From assembly GCA_964291495.2 (NCBI GenBank), contig OZ219872.1, positions 768,001 to 832,000 of the forward strand: a stretch of DNA of 64,000 bases, read 5' to 3'. The notes below the pieces were generated by a model. It made no database searches and was not told the origin of the DNA. It saw only the letters and a list, made by a program, of their open reading frames with translations. Below are positions 18,405 through 27,678 of the stretch, one piece after another (position 1 is the first letter of the stretch; every line of letters begins with the position of its first letter). Origin of the DNA: Dehalococcoidia bacterium. Lineage in GTDB: Bacteria; Chloroflexota; Dehalococcoidia; UBA2979. Made by a program: the position numbers and the translations under genes.

Positions 18405-19651
18405 TGACGACCACCGCGCCCGCGGACGCCAACAGCGCGCTGATCCGCTGGGGCTCCTTCTACGGCGACAGCGACTTCGAGCTCACCTTCCCCGCCGGCT
18501 GGGACGTGAACGTGCATCCCCCCGCCGGCGGCGACGACATCGGCGAGGACGGCATCGCCGCCGCCTTCGACAACCCGATCGGCAGCGCGCCGATCCGCGA
18601 GCTGGCGCGCGGCAAGCGCAGCGCCTGCATCGTCGTCGACGACCTCACGCGCCCCACCCCCGCCGCGCGCCTCGCGCCGCGCGTCATCGAGGAGCTGCTG
18701 GAGGCGGGTATCGAGGCGAACTCGATCCTGATCCTCGCGGGCGTCGCGAATCACCGCCAGATGACGCGCGAGGACTTCGTCCTCAAGGTCGGCGAGGAGA
18801 TCGCGAGCAACTACGAGCTGCGCTCGCACTTCTCGTGGGCCAACTGCGACTTCGTCGGCGAGACCAGCCGGGGGACGCCGATCCACCTCAACAGCGAGTT
18901 CCTCGCCGCCGAGGTGCGCATCCTGATCGGCAGTATCGTGCCGCACAACAAGACCGGCTTCTCGGGCGGCGCCAAGCTCGTGCTGCCCGGCGTCGCGCAC
19001 ATCGACACGGCCGCCGCCTGGCACGGCCCGGAGGGCCCGACGACCGGGCTGGTGGAGACCGCCAGCGAGTCGCGCCTCGACGCCGAGGAGGCGGCGCGGC
19101 TGGCGGGTGTGGACTGCATCGTCAACGTGATCCCCAACATCGAGCGCGGGATCGCCGGGCTCGTCGTCGGCGACCTCGTCGAGGCGCACCGCGCGGGAGT
19201 CGAGATCGCGAGGCGCACCTACGCGACGAAGCTGCCGGCGGGCGTCGACGTGTGCGTGCTCTCTTCGTACCCGAAGGACGCCGAGTACCAGCAGACCGGC
19301 CGCGGCTTCCACCCGATCCTCACCGCCGCCGAACCGATCGTGCGCCCCGGCGGCACGATCATCCTCGCCGGCTCCACCGTCGAGGGCGCCGGCTTCCACT
19401 CGCTCTACGGGCGCGGCATGGCGTTCTACGGCGGGGGCGGTGGGCGCAGCTTCGAGGGCGAGCCGGACCTCGTCTACTTCATGCCCGGCCTGCACCGCAA
19501 CGGGCTGCCGCCCGGCGCGCGCGAGCGCATCGTGCTGCTCCACGAGTGGAGCGAGGTCGAGCGCTGGCTGCGCGACAAGCACGGCGATGCGGCGAGCGTC
19601 GCCGTCTTCCCCGCCGCCACCATCCAGCTCGCGGAAGAGGTTTGCGTGTGA
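18404..19651 (+). CDS. LarA-family (nickel-pincer) racemase/epimerase homolog
   Basis: VDDLTRPTP, ANHR, PHNKTGFSGGAKLVLPG motifs. Confidence 0.85.
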   Translation: MTTTAPADANSALIRWGSFYGDSDFELTFPAGWDVNVHPPAGGDDIGEDGIAAAFDNPIGSAPIRELARGKRSACIVVDDLTRPTPAARLAPRVIEELLEAGIEANSILILAGVANHRQMTREDFVLKVGEEIASNYELRSHFSWANCDFVGETSRGTPIHLNSEFLAAEVRILIGSIVPHNKTGFSGGAKLVLPGVAHIDTAAAWHGPEGPTTGLVETASESRLDAEEAARLAGVDCIVNVIPNIERGIAGLVVGDLVEAHRAGVEIARRTYATKLPAGVDVCVLSSYPKDAEYQQTGRGFHPILTAAEPIVRPGGTIILAGSTVEGAGFHSLYGRGMAFYGGGGGRSFEGEPDLVYFMPGLHRNGLPPGARERIVLLHEWSEVERWLRDKHGDAASVAVFPAATIQLAEEVCV

Positions 19652-20844
19652 CGCCCTCGAAGATCGTCGATGTCCGCGCCTTCCAGCTGACCGGCACGAT
19701 GGAGCACCCCGGCGAGTTCTGGGAAGACCGCCTCGTCCGCCCCACCGACATCTACGAACCGTACCGCCAGGGCGGCCCGCGCGTGCTGCCCCGCAAGGCC
19801 GAGGGCCAGTACGTGATCGAGGGCGCCTTCATCGAGATCGAGGCCGACGACGGCTCGGTCGGGCGCGCCGGCCCGGTCGGGAGCGGCATGGCGCAGTCGA
19901 TCCTCCAGACCTTCGGCGGGCTGCTGCGCGATGAGGATCCGCTGGCCACGCAGCGCATCTGGGATCTGATGCACCGCAGCGCCGTGCACGGGCGCAAGGG
20001 CAACACGATGATGGCGATCAGCGCCATCGACTGCGCGCTCTGGGACCTCAAGGGCATCGCGCTGGGGCAGCCGGCCTACCGGCTGATGGGCGGCCCCACC
20101 CGCGAGTCCGTCCCCGCCTACGCGAGCACCCTCGGCTTCTCGGTCGAGCCGGAGCTGGTGGCGCAGCGCGCACGCAAGTTCGCCGAGGCGGGCTACACGG
20201 CGCAGAAGTGGTTCTTCAAGCGCGGCCCCGCCGACGGGCGCTGGGGCATGGAGCAGAACGAGCTGCTGGTGCGCACGATCCGCGAGGCCGCCGGCGACGA
20301 TACCGAGATCATGCTCGACGCCTGGATGAGCTGGAACCCGGACTACGCGATCGCGATGGCGAAGCGCCTCGAGCAGTACCGCCCGCGCTGGATCGAGGAG
20401 CCCGTCCTGCCGGACCGGATCGCCAGCCACGCCCGGATCCGCCGCAACTCGCCCGTCCCGATCTCGACCGGCGAGCACGAGTACACGCGCTGGGGCATCC
20501 AGCTGCTGATCGAGGCGGAGGCCTGCGACGTGCTGCAGCCGGACACCTACTGGGCCGGCGGCCTCTCCGAGCTGGAGAAGATCTGCACGCTCGCCTCGGT
20601 CGCCGACATCCCCGTGATTCCGCACGGGCACTCCGTCTCGGCGAACATCCACCTACAGGCCTCGCAACCGCCGAACGTCTGCCCGCTGGCCGAGGATCTG
20701 ATCAAGTGGAACCAGATCCACGAGTTCTTCCTCGCCGACCCGATCCGCCGCGAGAACGGCCACCTGCTGGTCCCGGACACGCCCGGCGTCGGCATGGCGA
20801 TCGACGAGTCGCGAGTCGAGGAGCGTGTGGAGATCACGCCGTGA
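19648..20844 (+). CDS. Mandelate racemase/enolase superfamily, L-rhamnonate dehydratase-like
   Basis: AISAIDCALWDLKG, MLDAW, WIEEP, TGEHEYTRWG, IPHGHS. Confidence 0.88.
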   Translation: MTPSKIVDVRAFQLTGTMEHPGEFWEDRLVRPTDIYEPYRQGGPRVLPRKAEGQYVIEGAFIEIEADDGSVGRAGPVGSGMAQSILQTFGGLLRDEDPLATQRIWDLMHRSAVHGRKGNTMMAISAIDCALWDLKGIALGQPAYRLMGGPTRESVPAYASTLGFSVEPELVAQRARKFAEAGYTAQKWFFKRGPADGRWGMEQNELLVRTIREAAGDDTEIMLDAWMSWNPDYAIAMAKRLEQYRPRWIEEPVLPDRIASHARIRRNSPVPISTGEHEYTRWGIQLLIEAEACDVLQPDTYWAGGLSELEKICTLASVADIPVIPHGHSVSANIHLQASQPPNVCPLAEDLIKWNQIHEFFLADPIRRENGHLLVPDTPGVGMAIDESRVEERVEITP

Positions 20845-20911
20845 GCCGAAACTGGTGTGGGACGGGCGATGGATCGAGGACCGCAACGCACGTGATACGG
20901 GGCCGCGAAAG

Positions 20912-20932
20912 GGTAGACGTTGACCGTCTACC
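20912..20932. promoter_or_regulatory. Palindromic operator candidate GGTAGACG-N5-CGTCTACC
   Basis: Perfect 8-bp inverted repeat centred on TTGAC, upstream of the binding-protein gene. Confidence 0.5.
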
Positions 20933-21034
20933 GCAGGTAATCTGCTGCGCTACGGGAAACGTACAGTAAAGGGACGATACCCGGATCTGGGTCATAGCCG
21001 TGGTGGCAGAGCCACACGGGAGGGGGCTTCACAG

Positions 21035-22903
21035 ATGAGCGAAGAGCACACGAACGGCCGCTGGTGGACGACGTCGGTCAGCCGCCGCAACGTCCTGCGG
21101 GGGGGCCTCCTCGGAGGCGCCGGCCTCGCTGCCGCGGCGCTGATCGGCTGCGGTGACGACGACGACGACGAGGCGCCGGCGCCCGCACCGGCGGCGACCC
21201 CGGCGCCGACGGCTGCGGCGACCGCGGCCCCGACAGAGGCTCCGGCCGAGGCGACGCCGACCGCGACGCCGCGGGGAGCCCCGACACGCATCACCCCGGC
21301 GCCGACCGAGGCGCCGACCCCTCCGCCGGAGCCCGACGCGGGCATGCTGGCGGCGCCGGGCGAGCCGAAGCGCGGTGGCTCCGTGGTCACCTCGTTCTGG
21401 GCGCGCCTGGGTAACTTCGACATCTACCACGGCGGACACCGCGGCATCATGTCGCAGGCCTACGACACCATTACGCGGCTGAGCCCGCTGGACGGCCTGA
21501 AGACGGTCATTCCGGCCCTGGCCACCACGTGGGAGAGCACGCCGGACGGCCTGAACTACAACTTCACCATCCGCCAGGGCGTCCAGTTCCACGACGGCAC
21601 GCCGATGACGTCCGAGGACGTGGCGATGTCCGTGCGACGCCACATGGCGCTGGGCGAGTTCGCTACGGTCGAGACGGGCTTCCCGAGCCGCTACTCCGGT
21701 GGGTTCGGCTACGTGGCCACCTCGAACGCCATTGACGAGTCGACCGTGAGCGTCGGCCTGAAGTCGCCACGCGGCTACTTCCTGCAGATGCTCTCGGCGC
21801 CGCAGGTCGGGGTCTACTCGGAGCAGCACATCAAGGTGAATCCGGTGGACATGGCTGCCGCGCCGGCGCCCGGCACCGGCCCGTTCGTCTTCCAGGAGCA
21901 CCGGTCCGAGGAGCTGACCCACTTCACGGCGAACCCGAACTACTGGAACCCCGAGCTGCCGTACATCGACGAGCTCACCATGCTGCACACGGTGCAGTGG
22001 GCGGACCGCGCGAACTTCATCCTCGGCGGCCAGGCGCACTACGCCAACATCGTGCCGAAGGACTTCTGGACGGACCGCGAGTCGTTCGCGGACAAGGCCA
22101 GCGTCTTCCAGCACGACGGCACGGGCGCCTCGCTGACGTTCTTCATGAACAACCAGAAGCCGCCGTACAACGACGAGCGCGTGCGGCGCGCGATCTTCCT
22201 CGCGCCGAACCGCCCGGCCCTGATCGAGGTCTACTCCGAGTCGATGAGCCTCGCCGGCTCGCGCTGGGTCTCCGACTCGACGTACTCGGCGACGCCGTTC
22301 GACCAGCTGCAGCAGATCAAGGGCTACCGCGGCGAGGACGACGAGGCGATCACGGAGGCCAAGCAGCTGCTCGCGGCTGCCGGCTTCCCGGACGGCTTCA
22401 ACGGCGGTCTGCTCGTCACCAACACCAACCAGGCGCACTCGGAGATTCTCGCTCCGGCGATGCAGGCGGAGCTCAAGAAGAAGCTCAACATCGAGGTCAC
22501 GGTTGACCCGCGGGCCGGCTCCGGCCGCACCGACGAGCTCAACAACGGCGGCCCCGAGGGCTTCGACATGGTGCTCACCGTGCACTTCCGCGCACCGGTG
22601 ATCAGCGAGTTCGTCACCGCCTGGAAGGACGCGATTCGCACCGGCGGCTTCCGCAACTTCGGGATGTACGACAACCCGGCGATGGACACCCTCATCGACA
22701 CCATCGACGAGGAGCAGGACACCGACGCGAAGCTGGAGATGTACAACCAGGCGTTCGACATCCTCGACCAGAACCCGCCGTTCTACGTCGTGGCCTTCAC
22801 GAAGCACAACGCGATGGCCGCGAACGAGCTGATGGGTCACATGGAGGAGATCCGCGGGTTCACCGAGGAGGGCACCTGGGACCTCTTCTGGCTGGACAAG
22901 TAG
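21035..22903 (+). CDS. Dpp/Opp-family ABC substrate-binding protein, Tat lipoprotein
   Basis: SRRNVLRG Tat motif, LIGC lipobox, LATTWE..DGLNYNFTIRQGVQFHDG, GTGPF. Confidence 0.92.
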   Translation: MSEEHTNGRWWTTSVSRRNVLRGGLLGGAGLAAAALIGCGDDDDDEAPAPAPAATPAPTAAATAAPTEAPAEATPTATPRGAPTRITPAPTEAPTPPPEPDAGMLAAPGEPKRGGSVVTSFWARLGNFDIYHGGHRGIMSQAYDTITRLSPLDGLKTVIPALATTWESTPDGLNYNFTIRQGVQFHDGTPMTSEDVAMSVRRHMALGEFATVETGFPSRYSGGFGYVATSNAIDESTVSVGLKSPRGYFLQMLSAPQVGVYSEQHIKVNPVDMAAAPAPGTGPFVFQEHRSEELTHFTANPNYWNPELPYIDELTMLHTVQWADRANFILGGQAHYANIVPKDFWTDRESFADKASVFQHDGTGASLTFFMNNQKPPYNDERVRRAIFLAPNRPALIEVYSESMSLAGSRWVSDSTYSATPFDQLQQIKGYRGEDDEAITEAKQLLAAAGFPDGFNGGLLVTNTNQAHSEILAPAMQAELKKKLNIEVTVDPRAGSGRTDELNNGGPEGFDMVLTVHFRAPVISEFVTAWKDAIRTGGFRNFGMYDNPAMDTLIDTIDEEQDTDAKLEMYNQAFDILDQNPPFYVVAFTKHNAMAANELMGHMEEIRGFTEEGTWDLFWLDK

Positions 22904-22957
22904 TCCGCCAGACGGGTTTAGGAGCGCTGACAACCGACAGCAGCCTGCGGGGCAACG

Positions 22958-23911
22958 ATGTGGAAGTACGTCGCCCGCAGGCTGCTGCTCGGGATCCCGA
23001 CGCTGATCGGGATCTCGCTCATCATCTTCGCCTCGATCCGCATCATCCCCGGCGACCCCACGGAGATCGAGGACGACCAGGGCGGCTCCGTCTTCACCGA
23101 AGATCAGCGTCAGCGGCTCCGTGAGATCCTGGGCATCGACCGCCCCCTGCATATCCAGTACCTCACATGGATGGGCGGCCTAGCGCGCGGAGACCTCGGC
23201 ACCTCCTTCGTAGCCGCCACGCCCGTCATCGAGATCATCCGCCATCGCGGCCCGGTCAGCGTTCAGATCGGCCTCATGGCGATCGCCGTCGGCTGGCTGA
23301 TGGGCGTCCCATTAGGGATCTACGGGGCGGTCAGACAGAACTCGGTTGGCGACTACATGTCGAGGTTCTTCGCCGTGCTGCTGCTTGCCATGCCGGCCTT
23401 CCTGATGGGGCTGCTGGTGATCATCATCGCGGTGATCTGGTTCGACTGGCGGCCACCCCTGATCTACACGCACCTCTGGATCGACCCGTGGTCGAACTTC
23501 CAGATGACGATCGGCCCGGTGCTCGTCATGGGAGTCAACCTGGGGGCGGTCTTCGCCCGCGTCATGCGCTCCTCCGCGCTCGACGTGCTCTCAAGCGAGT
23601 ACGTGCGCACGGCGCGCGCGAAGGGGCTGACTGAGCAACGGGTGCTGATGGGTCACGTCATACGCAACTCGGTCATCCCCGTCGTGACCATCTCCGGGCT
23701 CGCGCTCGGAGGACTGATGGGCGGCGCCGTCGCCGTCGAGCGGGCCTTCTCGGTACCCGGGATCGGCCTCTCGCTGATTACCGCCGTGCAGTCCAGCGAC
23801 TGGCCGCTGATCCAGAGCCTGGTCTTCCTCTACGGTGTCTCCTTCATCGCGATGAACATCCTGATCGACCTCTCCTACCTCCTCATCGACCCGCGCATCC
23901 GCACCGGCTGA
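22958..23911 (+). CDS. Dpp/Opp ABC transporter permease (DppB-like)
   Basis: IIPGDP, GDLGTS, YVRTARAKGL, DLSYLLIDPRIR. Confidence 0.92.
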   Translation: MWKYVARRLLLGIPTLIGISLIIFASIRIIPGDPTEIEDDQGGSVFTEDQRQRLREILGIDRPLHIQYLTWMGGLARGDLGTSFVAATPVIEIIRHRGPVSVQIGLMAIAVGWLMGVPLGIYGAVRQNSVGDYMSRFFAVLLLAMPAFLMGLLVIIIAVIWFDWRPPLIYTHLWIDPWSNFQMTIGPVLVMGVNLGAVFARVMRSSALDVLSSEYVRTARAKGLTEQRVLMGHVIRNSVIPVVTISGLALGGLMGGAVAVERAFSVPGIGLSLITAVQSSDWPLIQSLVFLYGVSFIAMNILIDLSYLLIDPRIRTG

Positions 23912-23963
23912 CCGCGCGCCGGACGCAACCACACCAGCACACCGATCCCGGGAAGGAGCCGCC

Positions 23964-24986
23964 GTGCGCGCACTCAGCATCGTCGGGGAACGAGCCATCG
24001 AGGTCGTCGACAAGCCGGATCCGGAGCCGGGGGCGGGCGAGCTGCTGATCGCGATGCAGGCCTCGGCGATCTGCGGCAGCGACCTGCACATCTACCGCAA
24101 CCCCCGCCCCGCCTTCATCGACAACGCCGTCACCCCCGGCCACGAGGGCTGCGGGGTCGTCGCCGCCGTCGGCGAGGGCGTCGAGGGCTGGTCGGTCGGG
24201 GACCGCGCCGTCGTCTACTTCCGTCGCACCTGCGGCGCCTGCCGCTACTGCGCCACCGGCAACAACCACGTCTGCGCCAACATCCGGCCCGGCTACGGCT
24301 TCGGCGCAGGCGGCTCCGACGCCGAGCTGATGACCTCCGATGCGAGCGCGACGATGCGCCTGCCCGACGACCTGAGCTACCGCGAGGGCAGCATCCTCGC
24401 CTGCCAGGGCGGCACCGCCTTCGCGCCCCTCGTGCGGCTCGGCGCGGGCGGCCTCGACCGCATCGCCGTCTCCGGCCTCGGCCCCGTCGGCCTGCTGGCC
24501 ACGCAGTTCGCGATCGCGATGGGCGCCGAGGTGATCGGCATCGACCCCGTCGAGAGCCGCCGCAGCCTCGCCTCGGACCTCGGCGCGGCCGCGACGCTCG
24601 ACCCGACGGCGGGCGAGATCGGCGCGGCGATCAAGGCGCACTGGCCGGACGGCGCCGACAAGCTCGTCGAGACCTCGGGGGCGACACCGGCGCACGAGGC
24701 GATCAGCAGCATCGTGCGGCCGCTGGGCACGGTGGCGCTGGTCGGGCTCGGCAACCCGATCTTCCAGACCTCGCTCAACGAGATCACGCGCTGGGAGATC
24801 ACCGTCTTCGGCTCCAGCATCTACCCGATGAGCCAGTGGGACACCCTCTGCGATTTCGTCCGCCGCAAGCAGATCGACCTCGACGCGATCGTCAGCGAGG
24901 ACCTGAGCATCGAGGAAGGCGCGCGCGGCTTCCAGCTCGCCGACGACGCCGCGAGCGGCAAGATCTGCTTCCACTTCGATCGCTGA
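23964..24986 (+). CDS. Zn-dependent alcohol dehydrogenase (MDR)
   Basis: ICGSDLH, GHE, CGACRYC, GLGPVG. Confidence 0.9.
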   Translation: MRALSIVGERAIEVVDKPDPEPGAGELLIAMQASAICGSDLHIYRNPRPAFIDNAVTPGHEGCGVVAAVGEGVEGWSVGDRAVVYFRRTCGACRYCATGNNHVCANIRPGYGFGAGGSDAELMTSDASATMRLPDDLSYREGSILACQGGTAFAPLVRLGAGGLDRIAVSGLGPVGLLATQFAIAMGAEVIGIDPVESRRSLASDLGAAATLDPTAGEIGAAIKAHWPDGADKLVETSGATPAHEAISSIVRPLGTVALVGLGNPIFQTSLNEITRWEITVFGSSIYPMSQWDTLCDFVRRKQIDLDAIVSEDLSIEEGARGFQLADDAASGKICFHFDR

Positions 24987-24993
24987 GCGCGCG

Positions 24994-25845
24994 GTGAAGC
25001 TGCTCGTCACCGGCGGCAGCGGCCGCCTCGGACGCTGGGTCGTCGAGGAGCTGCGCAGCGACCACGAGGTCGTCGTCGCCGGCCTCGAGGACTCGCCGCC
25101 CCCGGACGCGGTGCGCCCCGGCGTGCGCTACGAGCAGGCCGACCTCACGGACGCCGAGGCCGTGGCGCGCGTGGCCGAGGGCGCCGAGGCGATCGTGCAC
25201 CTCGCGGCGATCCCCTCGCCGACCGGGCGCGAGCCGGAGCACGTCTTCGCCAACAACATGATCAGCACCTTCAACGTCGTCGAGGCGGCGATCCGCCAGG
25301 ACGCGCGGAAGGTGATCTACAGCAGCAGCGGCTCCGCGCTCGGCTTCGCCTTCCGCTTCCGCGACATGGTCCCGGACTACATGCCGATGGACGAGGAGCA
25401 CCCGCTGCGCCCGCAGGACGCCTACGGCCTCTCCAAGTGGCTCGGCGAGGAGATCCTCGAGGCGGCGACGCGCCGCACCGGCATCCGCACCATCGTGCTG
25501 CGGCCGACCAGCGTGGTCGGCCCCGAGGACTACGCCGAGCGCGTGCCGCGCATGCTCGACAACAAGGCGGGCGCGGGCATCTTCGCCTACGTCGACGCGC
25601 GCGACTTCGCCCGCGCGGTGCGGGCCGCCCTCGAGGACACGGAGATCGAGCACGACCGCTTCTTCATCACCGCCGACGACGCGATGAGCCGCGAGCCGCT
25701 CGCCGTCGCCTTCCCCCGCCGCTTCCCCGGCAGCGAGGCGGCCTGCGCCGGGCTCACCGGCGCCGAGGGCCCGATCAGCTGCGCGAAGGCGAAGCGCATG
25801 CTCGGCTACCGCCCGCAGCACAGCTGGCGCAGTGAGCTCGCGTAA
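24994..25845 (+). CDS. NAD-dependent epimerase/dehydratase (uronate dehydrogenase-like)
   Basis: LVTGGSGRLG, YGLSK. Confidence 0.88.
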   Translation: MKLLVTGGSGRLGRWVVEELRSDHEVVVAGLEDSPPPDAVRPGVRYEQADLTDAEAVARVAEGAEAIVHLAAIPSPTGREPEHVFANNMISTFNVVEAAIRQDARKVIYSSSGSALGFAFRFRDMVPDYMPMDEEHPLRPQDAYGLSKWLGEEILEAATRRTGIRTIVLRPTSVVGPEDYAERVPRMLDNKAGAGIFAYVDARDFARAVRAALEDTEIEHDRFFITADDAMSREPLAVAFPRRFPGSEAACAGLTGAEGPISCAKAKRMLGYRPQHSWRSELA

Positions 25846-25862
25846 CCGGACCCGCGATCGGC

Positions 25863-26927
25863 ATGACCGTCCCTCGACGCCCCCTCCGTCGACACCGTCA
25901 CCATCGAGGACCACGAGGTCGTGCGCCTGCACGAGCCCGCGACGGGCTCGATCGCGCACGTCGTGCCCTCGCGCGGCAGCAACGTCACGCGCTTCGCGAC
26001 GCGCCCCGCCGGCGATCCGTCACGCGAGGCACAATCGAGGTGATCGCGGGGCCGCCGACCCTCGAGACCCTCGCGCGGCTGCCGACGCGCTGGGGCGCCG
26101 GGATGCTCTTCCCCTACCCCGGCCGGGTCAGCGGCGACGCCTTCGAGTTCCGCGGTCGCCGCATCGAGCTGCCGGCAGACCCGCAGGCAGGCAACGCGAT
26201 GCACGGCGCCGTGCGCTGGCGCGCCTGGCGCGTCGTCGACTCGGGCGCGGACAGCGAGGACGGCGCCTGGGTGACGACGCGCCTCGCGAGCCTCGAGGAC
26301 GGCATCCCGGCCAGCGCCTGGCCGTGGGCCTTCGGCTGCACGTTGCGCGTCGTGCTGCGCGGCGGCCGGCTGCGCATCGAGGTCCGCATCGAGAACGCCT
26401 CGGACGAGCCGATGCCGTTCGGCCTCGGCTTCCACCCCTACTTCCGCACCCCGCTCGGCCCCGCCGGCAGCGCCGAGGACTGCGAGGTCGCCCTCGCGGC
26501 CACGGAGCGCTGGGACAGCACCTCGACGCCTCCGGCCGTCGTCTCGCCGGTCGCGGCGGACGAGTGGCCGCGCCGCGCGCTGCCGCTCTCGGCGCTCACG
26601 CCGAACTCGAACACGGCCGAGGGCCCGGCCCGCAACCACAAGTTCATCCTCCGTGACCAATCGGGAGGCGCGGCGAGCGCGCTGCGCGGCCGCCTCACCG
26701 ACCGCGCGAACGGCCTCGAGGCCACGCTCGACGCCAGCGAGGGGATGCGCACGGTCGTCTTCTACACGCCGCCGGACGCGCCCGTCGTCTCGTTCGAGCC
26801 GCACACCTGCATGCCGAACGCCTTCAACCTGATGACCGAGGGCGTCCCGGACCCCGGGCTGATCGTGCTGGAGCCCGGGGCGGCCTGGGACGGCTGGTAC
26901 GAGCTGCGCCTCGAGGCGCTGCCGTAG
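25863..26927 (+). CDS. Aldose 1-epimerase family protein (N-terminal ~55 codons apparently frameshifted)
   Basis: LFPYPGRV, NAMHG, PFGLGFHPYF, SFEP; the plausible N-terminus lies in the +1 frame. Confidence 0.75.
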   Translation: MTVPRRPLRRHRHHRGPRGRAPARARDGLDRARRALARQQRHALRDAPRRRSVTRGTIEVIAGPPTLETLARLPTRWGAGMLFPYPGRVSGDAFEFRGRRIELPADPQAGNAMHGAVRWRAWRVVDSGADSEDGAWVTTRLASLEDGIPASAWPWAFGCTLRVVLRGGRLRIEVRIENASDEPMPFGLGFHPYFRTPLGPAGSAEDCEVALAATERWDSTSTPPAVVSPVAADEWPRRALPLSALTPNSNTAEGPARNHKFILRDQSGGAASALRGRLTDRANGLEATLDASEGMRTVVFYTPPDAPVVSFEPHTCMPNAFNLMTEGVPDPGLIVLEPGAAWDGWYELRLEALP

Positions 26928-26936
26928 GCGCTGGCC

Positions 26937-27668
26937 TCAGACGAAGTAGTCGCCCGCGTACGGCTGGAAGCGCCGGAACGACTCGGCGTGCGTGCAGCCC
27001 GGCAGCCCACCGATGCCGGACGCCTCGACGCCGCGCGCCTCGGTGTGCGGCGGCCAGCGATCGAGCAGCCCCGGCTGCGACACCTCGAAGCAGCGCAGCG
27101 CCTCGTACTTCTGCTCGACCACCGGGCCGATGTCGATGTAGGTGTCCGGCACGTAGCCGAGGATCGGCTGGCTCAGGATGTCCGGCTCGAAGTGGAAGAT
27201 CTTCGCCCGCGGCAGCGCCTCGCCCGCCATCGTCGCCTGCGCCCTCGCCAGCCCCGTCGCGCGGATCACGGTCTCCGCGACGGTCTGGTGATCGCGGTTC
27301 GTCGGCTCGTACGTCCAGTGGGTGAGGATGATGTCCGGCTTGAAGTCGCGCAGCTGGTCGATGTAGAGCTGCATCCGCTCCTGGTCGATCACCAGCGGGT
27401 TGTCGTCCAGGTCGAGGAACTCGATCTCCACGCCCAGCGTGCGCGCGGCCGCCTCGGCCTCGGAGCGCCGGATCGCCTTCACGGACTCGACGGTCGCGCC
27501 CGGCTCCTTCCAGCGCGGCGCGGACTCGCCGCGCTCGCCGAAGGTGGCGCTCACCACCTTCACGCGCGCCCCGGCCTGCAGGTAGCGGATCGCCGTGCCG
27601 CCGGCGCGGAAGCAGTAGTCGGCGGCGTGCGCGCCGAAGATCATCACGCTCGCATCGGGACCAAGCAT
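26937..27668 (-). CDS. PIG-L/LmbE family protein, GalB (4-oxalomesaconate hydratase)-like
   Basis: AHAADYCFRAGG and FGERGES resemble GalB-type motifs. Confidence 0.8.
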   Translation of the reverse strand: MLGPDASVMIFGAHAADYCFRAGGTAIRYLQAGARVKVVSATFGERGESAPRWKEPGATVESVKAIRRSEAEAAARTLGVEIEFLDLDDNPLVIDQERMQLYIDQLRDFKPDIILTHWTYEPTNRDHQTVAETVIRATGLARAQATMAGEALPRAKIFHFEPDILSQPILGYVPDTYIDIGPVVEQKYEALRCFEVSQPGLLDRWPPHTEARGVEASGIGGLPGCTHAESFRRFQPYAGDYFV

Positions 27669-27678
27669 CTCCTGCCTC

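Noticed and set aside
21160-21340. Low-complexity repeats in the binding-protein gene
   Set aside because: Ordinary Pro/Ala/Thr lipoprotein linker
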